Virus record (IMG/VR): IMGVR_UViG_3300034050_000199
Coordinates: 1-53,395 of that record
From: a virus
Lineage: Duplodnaviria; Caudoviricetes
DNA length: 53,395 nucleotides
Direction: 5' to 3' (one strand)
In this document: piece by piece, positions 15,655 to 25,217 of the stretch
How positions within the stretch are numbered: position 1 is the first letter of the stretch
How the letters are laid out: each line of letters opens with the position of its first letter
Notes under the pieces: generated by a model
What the model was told of the DNA's origin: nothing
Seen by the model: the letters and a program-made list of their open reading frames with translations, nothing else
The model's database searches: none
Translations under genes and position numbers: made by a program

Positions 15655-18600
15655 ATGAGCCAAAAATTTAAAAGTGATATAGAAACACAAGCTGGCCTTA
15701 TAGACTCATTCGGGTTTACAGGAACAGCTGGTCAAGTACTATCTTCTACAGGAACTAAAACAGAATGGATCACTCCTCCTCAATCACCAGGAGGAGGTGG
15801 ATCTAGTCAAGTATTCTATTTTAATGGAGGAACAGCATCAAGTGTTGGTGGCTATTATCAAATGAGTCCAGTTGCTAACACAGGCACAGCTGCTGATTTT
15901 ACTATTAATGCAAATGGATATATAGCTTCATTCTTAACAGATGTGGCTTCACCAAATCAACTTAATATACCAGCTGGAAATTGGAACTTTGAAATTTACT
16001 TTAGCGCAAGCTCTAGTGGAGGTTCTCCATCTTTCTACGTTGAATTATATAAATATTCTTCGGGTGGTGTCTTTACTTTAATAGCTAGTAGTTCAGCAGC
16101 ACCTGAAGGTATAACGAATGGTACAGCTATTGATGCTTATTTTACACCTTTAGCGGTTCCCGCAACTACATTACTGGCTACTGATAGATTAGCTGTTAGA
16201 GTATATGTAACTCACTCGGGTAGAACTATTACAATGCATACCCAAAATGGACACCTTAGTGAAGTTATTACAACATTCTCTACAGGTTTAACCGCTTTAA
16301 ATGGATTGACCGAACAAGTACAATATTTTAGTACGGGTACAGCTGGTACAGATTTTAATATTGCTTCCGCTGTAAATACACACACATTCAATTTACCGAC
16401 AGCATCGGCTATAAACAGAGGTGCTTTAAGTTCAGCAGATTGGATAACATTTAATTCGAAAGCAAACGCAAGCGGCACAACGAACTACGTGCCTAAATTC
16501 ACAGGATCTACAACGTTAGGTAATAGTCAGATATTTGACAATGGAACAAATCTAGGGATTGGAACGACAAGTCCTGGAGCAAAACTTGATGTGTCTTCGG
16601 GAAATATTAATTTAAGTAATTCTTTTAATTTAACTGGTAGAAACAATGCTAATACTTTAAATATTGCGTTAATTGGTAGAAGTTCAACAGACAGAGTAAT
16701 TATTGATGCTGACGGTTACGGAACTAATATTGGTGGGGGCGGTTCTGTATTAATTAATCAAAACGGTGGTAACGTTGGAATTGGAACTACAAGTCCTGCA
16801 AGAACATTACACGTTTTAGGCCAAACAGGAATTGGTACAGTTTTAAAATTAGAAGGTGCTACAGGAACGACTACTTATTTACAATTATCATACAATGGAG
16901 CGACAAACTCTCAAAGTGGGTATATAGGTTATGATTCAAGTTCTAATATGTCATTATTTACAAATGACACCGAACGTATGCGTATTGCTTCAAATGGTGC
17001 AATTAAATTTAACAACTACGGATCAGGTTCATTCACAGGAACAGCTACTCAAAAATTAGCAGTAGACAGTTCAGGTAATGTTATAGAGATTCCAATTGGT
17101 GGTGGTGCTGTAGACGGATCAGGTACAACAAACTATGTGACAAAGTGGCTAGATGCTGATACAATAGGTAATAGCCAAATATTTGATAATGGCGCAAATG
17201 TAGGTATAGGAACAAATATACCAAGTGCTGCTTTTCAAGTTGGGAATGGAACGGGTTTAAAAAACATTTTAATAAGTGGTAGTGGTAATAATTTAGGATT
17301 AGGAGGATTAAGTGTATCTTTCTTAGGATTTGCAACGGGTACTATATCTACAGTAAATACATCAGGAGCAGTTCCTTTAGGTGTTGGTACAAGGTCAACA
17401 CAACCATTAGTCTTGGGTACAAATAACGCTGAAAGAATGCGAATTGATTCAAGCGGAAACGTAGGTATTGGAACTTCAAGTCCTAGTGCAATGTTAACTT
17501 TAAACTCAATAACACCTTTTATTAGAATAGAACGCGCGGGCGTACCAACTTGGCAAATTCAAAACAATACAATTGTTGCAACGGCTGGTTTTTCAATTAA
17601 TAACATTACAAACGGAACTACGCCTTTTTTTATAAATGGTACAAATGACAATGTAGGTATTGGCACTGGTAGTCCAAATGGTAAGTTAGAAATTAGAGGA
17701 ATTGAATCAAATACAAAAGATTTACTTTTAAATTTATCTAAATTTGCTTACGGAACAACACAATTTTATCAAAACTATTCAAATACATTTTACACTGCTG
17801 GTAAAAGTTTAGAAATTGAAGTTGAGGCTTTACCTTTATTACAATTAGCTGTTAACAATGCTGGTTCACAAGGAAAAGTTATATTTCCAAACGGAAGCGT
17901 TGGAATTGGAACGACAAATCCAGGGAGTAAATTATCAGTTATTCAAGACAACGGAGTTATTACACAATTTAATACAAATTCACCTTCTTCTGGAAATTTA
18001 GCTATTGAACTTGGCGCTTACTCAACAACATATCCTAATTCAGGTACACATATAAGAGCCTATTTTAATCACGGATTAACCGCTAATTCTGATTTAGCAT
18101 TTGAAGTAAACGGAGAACAAGAAAAAATGCGTATCACTTCAGCGGGCAACGTAGGTATTGGAACAACAAGTCCAGCTTATCAATTAGATGTAGCTAGCTC
18201 AGGTAGGTTTGCTGGATTATTAATATCAAATGATAGATTGTGGCTAAACGGAAACACAGTTATTTCTGATTGGATTTCTAGCGGTTTATCAGCAGGATAT
18301 AGTCAAACAAATAGTTATGGATGGATTAATGGAGCAGGAAACCTTATTTTAGGTACAAATGGTTCTGAAAGAATGCGTATCACTTCTGGCGGTAATGTAG
18401 GAATTGGAACCACAAGCCCAGGCGGATTAGGAGAGAAATTAACAGTTATAGGTTCTATAAATTCAAATAACACAGCTCTTTTCTTTGGAGATGGAGCAGA
18501 TAATAGTGCAAGTATTTATTCAACTGCTGGACCAATTAAATTTTTAGCAAATGCGTCTGAAAGAATGCGTATTACTTCAAGTGGTAATGTAGGTATTGGA

Positions 18601-18795
18601 ACGACTAGTCCGAACGCAAGTGCAATACTTCATTTACGCTCAACTACACAAGGGTTTTTGCCTCCAGTTATGAGAACAGGAGAAAGAAATGGCATAAGTA
18701 GCCCTGCAGTAGGACTAATGATATTTAACGAAGAAGAAGATGTGGTACAAGTGTTTACTAACGGAGGGGGATGGAGAACACTAGCTTGGGCGTAA
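15655..18795 (+). CDS. long tail fibre / receptor-binding protein with repeated (ERMRI.S.)GNVGIGT.SP modules
   Basis: About 9 GN(V/L)GIGT-type repeats; C-terminal GFLPP...GLMIFN module. Confidence 0.85.
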   Translation: MSQKFKSDIETQAGLIDSFGFTGTAGQVLSSTGTKTEWITPPQSPGGGGSSQVFYFNGGTASSVGGYYQMSPVANTGTAADFTINANGYIASFLTDVASPNQLNIPAGNWNFEIYFSASSSGGSPSFYVELYKYSSGGVFTLIASSSAAPEGITNGTAIDAYFTPLAVPATTLLATDRLAVRVYVTHSGRTITMHTQNGHLSEVITTFSTGLTALNGLTEQVQYFSTGTAGTDFNIASAVNTHTFNLPTASAINRGALSSADWITFNSKANASGTTNYVPKFTGSTTLGNSQIFDNGTNLGIGTTSPGAKLDVSSGNINLSNSFNLTGRNNANTLNIALIGRSSTDRVIIDADGYGTNIGGGGSVLINQNGGNVGIGTTSPARTLHVLGQTGIGTVLKLEGATGTTTYLQLSYNGATNSQSGYIGYDSSSNMSLFTNDTERMRIASNGAIKFNNYGSGSFTGTATQKLAVDSSGNVIEIPIGGGAVDGSGTTNYVTKWLDADTIGNSQIFDNGANVGIGTNIPSAAFQVGNGTGLKNILISGSGNNLGLGGLSVSFLGFATGTISTVNTSGAVPLGVGTRSTQPLVLGTNNAERMRIDSSGNVGIGTSSPSAMLTLNSITPFIRIERAGVPTWQIQNNTIVATAGFSINNITNGTTPFFINGTNDNVGIGTGSPNGKLEIRGIESNTKDLLLNLSKFAYGTTQFYQNYSNTFYTAGKSLEIEVEALPLLQLAVNNAGSQGKVIFPNGSVGIGTTNPGSKLSVIQDNGVITQFNTNSPSSGNLAIELGAYSTTYPNSGTHIRAYFNHGLTANSDLAFEVNGEQEKMRITSAGNVGIGTTSPAYQLDVASSGRFAGLLISNDRLWLNGNTVISDWISSGLSAGYSQTNSYGWINGAGNLILGTNGSERMRITSGGNVGIGTTSPGGLGEKLTVIGSINSNNTALFFGDGADNSASIYSTAGPIKFLANASERMRITSSGNVGIGTTSPNASAILHLRSTTQGFLPPVMRTGERNGISSPAVGLMIFNEEEDVVQVFTNGGGWRTLAWA

Positions 18796-18807
18796 AATAA
18801 TAAAAAC

Positions 18808-18851
<44 letters not shown>

Positions 18852-18853
18852 CT

Positions 18854-19234
18854 ATGATCACTTACAAATGGATTTTTTCTGCATTCGATTGCAGAGTAGA
18901 CGAGGATGGAATGCAGGATGTTGTTACAACAGTGCATTGGAGATATAACGGTACAACAGAAGATGGAGTATCAGCAGAGATTTATGGAGCGCAGGCTGTA
19001 GGAACACCTACTCCTGATGCATTCACACCTTATCCTGAATTAAACGAGGAGCAGGTTATTGGTTGGATGGAAGAGACAATGGATGTTCCAGCTATGCAGT
19101 TAAATATTGCTGAGCAAATTGAACTAATAATCAATCCTGTAATGGTAACTTTACCTCCTCCCTTTGCAAACACAGAAGAAACTGTTGTTGCTGTTGTAGA
19201 TGGTGATGTTGTAGTTAAAGAAATAAATGAGTAA
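18854..19234 (+). CDS. acidic protein following the tail fibre (possible fibre-associated factor)
   Basis: TYKW......DVV..VHW...F.PY..L.EEQVIGW pattern typical of phage fibre neighbourhoods. Confidence 0.75.
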   Translation: MITYKWIFSAFDCRVDEDGMQDVVTTVHWRYNGTTEDGVSAEIYGAQAVGTPTPDAFTPYPELNEEQVIGWMEETMDVPAMQLNIAEQIELIINPVMVTLPPPFANTEETVVAVVDGDVVVKEINE

Positions 19235-19442
19235 TAAAGAAAAAGTAGATCTATTTTTAAATAAATGGGTTAGTAGAAAATTAACAGTATTTGTAATTGC
19301 TTCAGTAGGTTTATTTACTGCGGCAATTACTTCCACAGATTGGGTTATAATAGCAACTTCATATATAACAATAGAAGGTGTTACAAATATAGTAGAACGT
19401 TTAATGAAAGCAAAGAATGACAACCAAGGAAGTAATATCTAA
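19227..19442 (+). CDS. putative holin
   Basis: 71 aa, 2 TM, W.SRKL motif, directly before the endolysin. Confidence 0.7.
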   Translation: MSNKEKVDLFLNKWVSRKLTVFVIASVGLFTAAITSTDWVIIATSYITIEGVTNIVERLMKAKNDNQGSNI

Positions 19443-19881
19443 ATATGGCAAACCAAATGTAACTGGTGATGGTTATCTTGTTACAATACTATTACCATAC
19501 CCAATGCGATTAGCCTGGGACACAGAAACAGTAGTTAATAAAATGAGATGTCACAAATTGGTATCAGGTAGATTCTTAGCTGTATTTAATGAGTTACTAA
19601 GAGTATATGGTTATGCTAAGATAAAAGAATTAGGTATTGATTTATTTGGTGGTTGTTTTAACTTTAGAAAAATGAGAGGTGGAAACGATTGGTCTATGCA
19701 CTCATGGGCTATCGCTATTGATTTGGATCCTGCTAGAAACCAATTAAAAGAAACAAGTACTACAGCAAGATTTGCAAGGCCGGAATATAAAGCTATGATT
19801 GATATATTTTACAAGCATGGGTTTATATCTTTAGGTAGGGAAAAGAATTATGATTGGATGCATTTTGAAATAAAAGAATAA
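19417..19881 (+). CDS. endolysin, M15 (VanY / L-Ala-D-Glu peptidase-like) Zn peptidase
   Basis: R...S.HSWAIAID and D.MHFE Zn-ligand motifs. Confidence 0.9.
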   Translation: MTTKEVISKYGKPNVTGDGYLVTILLPYPMRLAWDTETVVNKMRCHKLVSGRFLAVFNELLRVYGYAKIKELGIDLFGGCFNFRKMRGGNDWSMHSWAIAIDLDPARNQLKETSTTARFARPEYKAMIDIFYKHGFISLGREKNYDWMHFEIKE

Positions 19882-19882
19882 T

Positions 19883-20353
19883 ATGAAAAACCTAATATGG
19901 ATATTAGCATCGACATTACTTATTGGGTGTGGTGCCAAAAAAGTAAATAAAGTAGATAAAGTAGAAGATAAAACAATTGTAGAAGTTGTTACACAAAAAG
20001 ATTCTATTCAAACTACAAATAAAACAGAAATTAAATACGATGTTGAGAATTACGAAATATCAGTAGTACCTATAGATTCAACTAAAGAATTTGTAGTAGA
20101 AGGTAAAAAGTATTTTAATGCTCGTATTTTAATCAAAAAGAAGAAAGATAACACTTTATACTCTAACGATAATAAAGTGTCTAAAACAAGCTTAAAACAA
20201 GCTAAAACAATAACTAAGGAACGTAAGATTGAGAAAACAAAAGTTGTAGATAAAAAAGAAGCTAAAACATTTTGGTTTTGGTTATCGTTCTGGATTATAT
20301 TACTATTATTAATTATTTGGTTGTATCAAAAATTTAAAAGTAAACTGTTTTAA
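19883..20353 (+). CDS. putative unimolecular spanin (lipoprotein with C-terminal TM)
   Basis: Lipobox LLIG-C at residue 16, C-terminal hydrophobic helix, follows the endolysin. Confidence 0.75.
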   Translation: MKNLIWILASTLLIGCGAKKVNKVDKVEDKTIVEVVTQKDSIQTTNKTEIKYDVENYEISVVPIDSTKEFVVEGKKYFNARILIKKKKDNTLYSNDNKVSKTSLKQAKTITKERKIEKTKVVDKKEAKTFWFWLSFWIILLLLIIWLYQKFKSKLF

Positions 20354-20415
20354 CCTAAAATGGTAAAATATACGTAATAATACAACTATCAACTTAAATT
20401 AAATAAAATCAAATC

Positions 20416-21969
20416 ATGACAGAAGCAATCGTAAAGAATCTTAACTTTGGCGAAGATGCAAAGAATAAGATATTCGAAGGTATTACTAAATTAACTAGAG
20501 CCGTAAGTTCAACACTTGGTGCTAGTGGTAAATGTGTAATATTAGAAGATGGAGCTGGTAGACCAGTAATTACAAAAGATGGTGTAACAGTAGCAGATAG
20601 TATTATACTATTAGATCCAGTAGAAAATATGGGTGCAACGTTACTTAAGGAAGCTGCAAGAAAAACAGTTAAAGAAGCTGGAGACGGCACAACAACCGCT
20701 ACAGTATTGACGCATTCTATTTTAAATCATGCTTATAAAGTTCCAAAAGGTACTAGTAGCAGAGAATTAAAAGAAGGTATTGAGAATGCTACAGAAAAAG
20801 TAATTAAATATTTAGAGAGTGTTGCAATACCAGTATCAGGAGATATGATTGATAACGTAGCTACTATATCTGTTAATAATGATCCTGAATTAGGTAAGGT
20901 TATTGCAGATGCTTTTAGAGCCGCTGGTGACAATGGTATTGTAATGATGGAAATGTCAGATCTTAATACTACAGAAATAGAAGTTATTGATGGTATTCAA
21001 TATGATAAAGGATTAGTTAATTCACATTTTGTAACTAATGCTTCAAAAAAAGCAGCAGAGTTAGATAATGCTTTGGTTCTTATCATTGAATCACCAGTTG
21101 AAAATATTAGACAAATACAAGGTGTTTTAGAACACTGTATGAAAATAAAAAAACCATTACTTATTATTGCGGATATGGAACCACAAGTTCTTTCAGTAAT
21201 TGCAATGAACAAAGTTAAAGGTAATTTAAAAGCAAACGTTATTAACGCGCCAACGTACGGTGTTAATAAAAAAGATACATTAGATGATTTAGCATTATTA
21301 ACTGGAGCTACAATTATTAACGAAGATCTTGGAGATGATATGGATCTTATAACTCCAGAACATTTAGGATCATGTATTAAAGCTGTAACAACCGATGCGG
21401 AAACAATTATTCAAGTTGGAGAATATTCACAAGAAGTATTGGATCTTATTGATACAGTAAAAAAACAATTAGAAACAGCTAAGAATCCAGCTGATGTAAT
21501 TAGATTGGAAAGAAGATTAGCAAGATTATCAGGCAAAGTAGCTGTTGTAAAAGTAGGTGCTGGATCTGATATAGAATTAAAAGAAAAAGCGGATAGAGTT
21601 GAAGATGCAATCTGTGCAACAAAAGCGGCTATTAAAGAAGGTATTGTACCTGGCGGCGGAATTGCTTTATTAAATGCCGCAATGTATATTGGTGGATTAA
21701 ACAATGGAGAGCAAGCATTACTAGATGCAATCAAAGCTCCTTATCATACAATATTATCAAACGCTGGAATTGAAATACCAATACCACAAGAAGAAGGCTT
21801 AGGTTTAAATGTTATAACTGGTGAAACAGTTAATATGATTAAAGCCGGTATTATTGATCCATTACTTGTAACAAAGTCTGCGTTAAAGAATGCTTCTTCA
21901 GTTGCTACAACTATTTTATCAACCGATTGTGTAATAAATAATCTTAGAATTAATGAAGGCAATAGGTAA
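20416..21969 (+). CDS. groEL: chaperonin GroEL (phage-encoded)
   Basis: ITKDGVTVA, AGDGTTTATVL, RVEDA..AT.AA..EGIVPGGG, GIIDP..VTKSAL.NA.S motifs. Confidence 0.97.
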   Translation: MTEAIVKNLNFGEDAKNKIFEGITKLTRAVSSTLGASGKCVILEDGAGRPVITKDGVTVADSIILLDPVENMGATLLKEAARKTVKEAGDGTTTATVLTHSILNHAYKVPKGTSSRELKEGIENATEKVIKYLESVAIPVSGDMIDNVATISVNNDPELGKVIADAFRAAGDNGIVMMEMSDLNTTEIEVIDGIQYDKGLVNSHFVTNASKKAAELDNALVLIIESPVENIRQIQGVLEHCMKIKKPLLIIADMEPQVLSVIAMNKVKGNLKANVINAPTYGVNKKDTLDDLALLTGATIINEDLGDDMDLITPEHLGSCIKAVTTDAETIIQVGEYSQEVLDLIDTVKKQLETAKNPADVIRLERRLARLSGKVAVVKVGAGSDIELKEKADRVEDAICATKAAIKEGIVPGGGIALLNAAMYIGGLNNGEQALLDAIKAPYHTILSNAGIEIPIPQEEGLGLNVITGETVNMIKAGIIDPLLVTKSALKNASSVATTILSTDCVINNLRINEGNR

Positions 21970-22216
21970 CAATATAGTTATTTTGCCTAAGAAGGTAAAA
22001 GCTACAAAAGAAACAAAAAACGGTCTTATTTTAAAAGAAAAAGATAGTGAAGATATTAGATATAAAGAAGCAATAATTGTATCGATCAGTGATGAAATAA
22101 AAGTCATTAAAGAAGGTGACGAAATATATTATGATAAACATGCTGGTCATACTATTGAATTTGAAGGTAATAAATATACAGTTATAAAACTACAAGATAT
22201 AGTTGTTGTATTATGA
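21953..22216 (+). CDS. groES: co-chaperonin GroES
   Basis: KAIGNNIVI...ETKNGLIL...IKEGDEIYY.K.AG..I...G.KY.VI...DIV. Confidence 0.9.
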   Translation: MKAIGNNIVILPKKVKATKETKNGLILKEKDSEDIRYKEAIIVSISDEIKVIKEGDEIYYDKHAGHTIEFEGNKYTVIKLQDIVVVL

Positions 22217-22659
22217 AGCGGTTAGAAGCTAGTGACCTACGTGAATCTGGTTTATTAAAACATTACAGAATAATTAGGAGATGGGCTTGTAGAAATAACG
22301 GTCTTGCTGATGCAGATTTAGAATTATTAATATATTTTGATTGTTTAGATTTCTTTACTAGACATGATTATGAGGTAGGTACTTATACATATAGTTGGGA
22401 TAAGATGCGCTGGGACAGGTTGTTAAAAGAAGGGTGGATAGTGGTTTGGAGAAAACGTAACCATACAACTCAAAAATACAATATATATAAAGTCTCTTTC
22501 AAGTGCAAACAACTAATAAGTAGAATGTACCGTATTATGATTGGAGACGAAGATATACCAACAAGCGAAAGAAGAAATACTATAATGAGAGGTAAAACAT
22601 ATACAGACACAGTTTTACAATCAGCAATAAAGAACGTTAATAAAGATAAAACACGATGA
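22213..22659 (+). CDS. winged-helix (MarR-like) DNA-binding protein
   Basis: GL..ADLELLIY...RLLKEGWIV.....Y.VS.K pattern. Confidence 0.55.
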   Translation: MKRLEASDLRESGLLKHYRIIRRWACRNNGLADADLELLIYFDCLDFFTRHDYEVGTYTYSWDKMRWDRLLKEGWIVVWRKRNHTTQKYNIYKVSFKCKQLISRMYRIMIGDEDIPTSERRNTIMRGKTYTDTVLQSAIKNVNKDKTR

Positions 22660-22958
22660 AAAATTATTTACAAGATGTACAACCTAAAATGACAGTTGAC
22701 AATTATACAAACGCATCACAAGCTTTAAATCCAAAGATGGATGCAAATACAGATTTAACATCACAACCTAAAATGGCTAATCCTGCTTTAGCATCTACGC
22801 CAAGACCAATGAATCCTAATATTAAGAATAGCGGTGCACCTGTACCATTTAGTCCACAAAGTGCATCAACAATTAATGGTGTATTCGGAACAGGTATGGA
22901 GAATTCATTTGACAGAACAATGTCAAGTATGGATCCAGCTCAAGAACCTCAAATGTAA
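22656..22958 (+). CDS. low-complexity Pro/Met/Asn-rich protein
   Basis: 100-aa ORF with ATGA overlap; P.M repeats. Confidence 0.7.
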   Translation: MKNYLQDVQPKMTVDNYTNASQALNPKMDANTDLTSQPKMANPALASTPRPMNPNIKNSGAPVPFSPQSASTINGVFGTGMENSFDRTMSSMDPAQEPQM

Positions 22959-22976
22959 TTACTAAACAACAAAGAT

Positions 22977-23192
22977 ATGATGAATAATAAAACAATCGAC
23001 CCACACTTAGTTAAAATGGAAAAACCTGGTGTATCTGGATTAAACCATTTATGGGACGGACCATTAGATATGTCTGCTTATCCAAAAGGACAAGGATTTA
23101 GTGGCGGTAAAAATGGTATGAAATTAAAATTAGATTGTGGATGTGGAGGTGCACCACTTGAGCCTATTACGCAACGTGCTAAAAGAAGATAA
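22977..23192 (+). CDS. small protein (LWDGPLD...PKG.G.S.G..GM)
   Basis: 71-aa ORF with A-rich leader. Confidence 0.7.
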   Translation: MMNNKTIDPHLVKMEKPGVSGLNHLWDGPLDMSAYPKGQGFSGGKNGMKLKLDCGCGGAPLEPITQRAKRR

Positions 23193-23195
23193 AAA

Positions 23196-23360
23196 ATGAC
23201 ATTTACGGATTTGAAGATTTATACTCTAAACTCAGTGTCATTAATGTTAAGTATGACAGCGATAGAACCATTCTTAAAAATAACTTTGTTATTGGTATCA
23301 ATAGGATATACATTACATAAGTGGATGCATATAGGTGGTAAAAAAGAAGAGAACAATTAA
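23196..23360 (+). CDS. 54-aa membrane protein, holin-like (MTFTDLKIYTLN...LKITLLLVSIGYTLHKW)
   Basis: Manual translation; hydrophobic core, charged C-terminus. Confidence 0.7.
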   Translation: MTFTDLKIYTLNSVSLMLSMTAIEPFLKITLLLVSIGYTLHKWMHIGGKKEENN

Positions 23361-23371
23361 TATATAAACTT

Positions 23372-23683
23372 ATGGCGTTCAAACTAAGAAGTCCATACGA
23401 AATTGATAATACTCCTATCTATCAACAAGATATGGGTGAAGATGTTTTAGGAATGGCTACAAATAAAGGTAGTATACTTATAAATAAAAATGTTTCGCCT
23501 GCTGTATTAAAAAAGAATAAAACAATTTCTCATGAGAAGGTTCATTTAGATCAAATGAATAGAGGTGATTTGGATTATAACGATTCGCATGTATTCTGGA
23601 AAGGTAAAAAATACCCCAGAGCTACAATGAAAGAAGGTAGTAAGAAATTACCTTGGGAAGCAGAAGCCTATGCAAAACAATAA
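23372..23683 (+). CDS. small zincin-like metallopeptidase
   Basis: HEKVH (HExxH) with downstream PWE.EAY. Confidence 0.75.
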   Translation: MAFKLRSPYEIDNTPIYQQDMGEDVLGMATNKGSILINKNVSPAVLKKNKTISHEKVHLDQMNRGDLDYNDSHVFWKGKKYPRATMKEGSKKLPWEAEAYAKQ

Positions 23684-23742
23684 AAAGTAAATATTATGCG
23701 TGATATATATATTAATACTAATCTAATTAAATTTATATCATT

Positions 23743-24108
23743 ATGAAAAAACTTATTTTAATTTTAGCGTTTGGATTATTTAATTTAAACACTTTTGCGC
23801 AAGAAGAGATTAACACATTACAACTTATTGGTTGGTGGATGCCAGATAAACCATCTGCGCACTTATTCTTTTGGGAAACACCAGCAGGTGAATTAAAAGT
23901 ACAACAGATAAGCAATGTAACAGGAGAAAGTTTTATAAACAGAGATTTTAGAATTAATTTAGAATCTATATTTATTAAATCAAGTATCAAAGAAGAAGAT
24001 AAAGCATTAAACTATTATGTGATGTTGGAAAACGGTACTATGGAATGTACTTCTACAAACTGTTACACTAATAAAGTTACAAAAATAATATACACAAAAA
24101 CAAGATAA
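23743..24108 (+). CDS. exported protein with Sec signal peptide
   Basis: MKKLILILAFGLFNLNTFA/QE typical Bacteroidota signal; LIG.W lipocalin-like start. Confidence 0.7.
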   Translation: MKKLILILAFGLFNLNTFAQEEINTLQLIGWWMPDKPSAHLFFWETPAGELKVQQISNVTGESFINRDFRINLESIFIKSSIKEEDKALNYYVMLENGTMECTSTNCYTNKVTKIIYTKTR

Positions 24109-24135
24109 CAATTAACCTAAAACAAAACAAACAAA

Positions 24136-24606
24136 ATGGCATACAAACAAACACCAGGAAGAGGTAACGGTACAAAAACTGGAGCAGGAATTTCTCCTAC
24201 ATTAATGAGTGGTTCACCAATGCGTCAAGAAGACCCTAAGGTAAAAAAAGCTTTAGGATTAGTAAAAGCGGGAGAAGAAGCTGCTAAGAAGCGCGCAAGC
24301 ATTAAAAAACTATCAGAAAGAGATCGTGGTATTGAAATAGGTGCTGCTACAGATAGTATAGAAGCCAGCAATAAGGCGGGTGATTTATTTACTAAAAGAC
24401 AAAAGGCAGCCATTGGTAATAAAGCGGCTAACAAAACTCGTAAAGAAAGCGGAGCCACTACTACTGTTACAAAAACTCAAGTAGAAGGTAAAAAAGGTTT
24501 TGAGGATAAATATACTAGAACTCCTGCTAAGCAAATGGCAAAAAAATCCCCAATGAAACAAATGAATAAAATGCCAATGAAGCAAATGAAGAAAAAAAGT
24601 TGCTAA
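24136..24606 (+). CDS. basic protein with (S/T/M)P.(K/R)Q repeats, probably virion-internal
   Basis: SPMRQ, TPAKQ, SPMKQ, MPMKQ. Confidence 0.75.
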   Translation: MAYKQTPGRGNGTKTGAGISPTLMSGSPMRQEDPKVKKALGLVKAGEEAAKKRASIKKLSERDRGIEIGAATDSIEASNKAGDLFTKRQKAAIGNKAANKTRKESGATTTVTKTQVEGKKGFEDKYTRTPAKQMAKKSPMKQMNKMPMKQMKKKSC

Positions 24607-24638
24607 TTAAAATAACTAAGCTTATGTAGTAAGCTGAT

Positions 24639-24711
24639 AGCAGGTGGGAGGTAAGGTATCTCACGGGTCTCATAAGCCCGCTTAAACTGGTTCGACTCCA
24701 GTACGTTGCTA
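24639..24711 (+). tRNA. tRNA with CAT anticodon (Met or Ile2)
   Basis: D stem GAGG/TCTC, anticodon arm CGGGT-CTCATAA-GCCCG, T arm ACTGG-TTCGACT-CCAGT, acceptor AGCAGGT/ACGTTGCT with one bulge; no encoded CCA. Confidence 0.85.
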
Positions 24712-24739
24712 CTAATTATTAACAATTAAATCAAGTAAA

Positions 24740-24997
24740 ATGAAAAAAGTGGAAACAAAAACTATTAAGAAAGATCAATTAGAAAAAATCGTTGCTCAAC
24801 AAAAAGACTTAAACGTATTGTTAACGAACATTGGTGTTCTAGAAACACAAAAGCATTCGTTATTACATCAAGTTGCTGAAGTCAATAAAGAAGTTGAGGA
24901 TTTTAAATCAGAATTGGAAGCTGAATACGGTGCTATTAATATTAACCTAGAAGACGGTAGTTATACTGAAATCGAAAAGGAAGAAAGTAATGGCTAA
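24740..24997 (+). CDS. coiled-coil hypothetical protein
   Basis: Heptad pattern, C-terminal YG.ININL.DG.Y. Confidence 0.75.
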   Translation: MKKVETKTIKKDQLEKIVAQQKDLNVLLTNIGVLETQKHSLLHQVAEVNKEVEDFKSELEAEYGAININLEDGSYTEIEKEESNG

Positions 24998-25217
24998 TGT
25001 CATTAGAAAAATAAGTATTGGAGCGGATTATAAAAACGACGCAATGCACTATTCAGTAAATCAAGAAGTATACGGGGGACATAAAATCTCCCATATACTA
25101 TTTGAGGAAGTTGATAATTCATACAATATTTATATAAAGAAAAGTGATGAAGTTATGCCGTGGAAGAAATTTAACAGTCACATGGCTATTTCAGTGGAAT
25201 ATGATTTAGAATACTAA
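24990..25217 (+). CDS. hypothetical protein (IRKISIG.DYKNDAMHY)
   Basis: 75-aa ORF overlapping both neighbours. Confidence 0.75.
   Translation: MANVIRKISIGADYKNDAMHYSVNQEVYGGHKISHILFEEVDNSYNIYIKKSDEVMPWKKFNSHMAISVEYDLEY

Noticed and set aside
15655-18795. Fibre repeats as a diversity-generating retroelement or invertase shufflon
   Set aside because: No reverse transcriptase, no adenine-specific TR/VR pair, no recombinase; all repeats are direct and in frame
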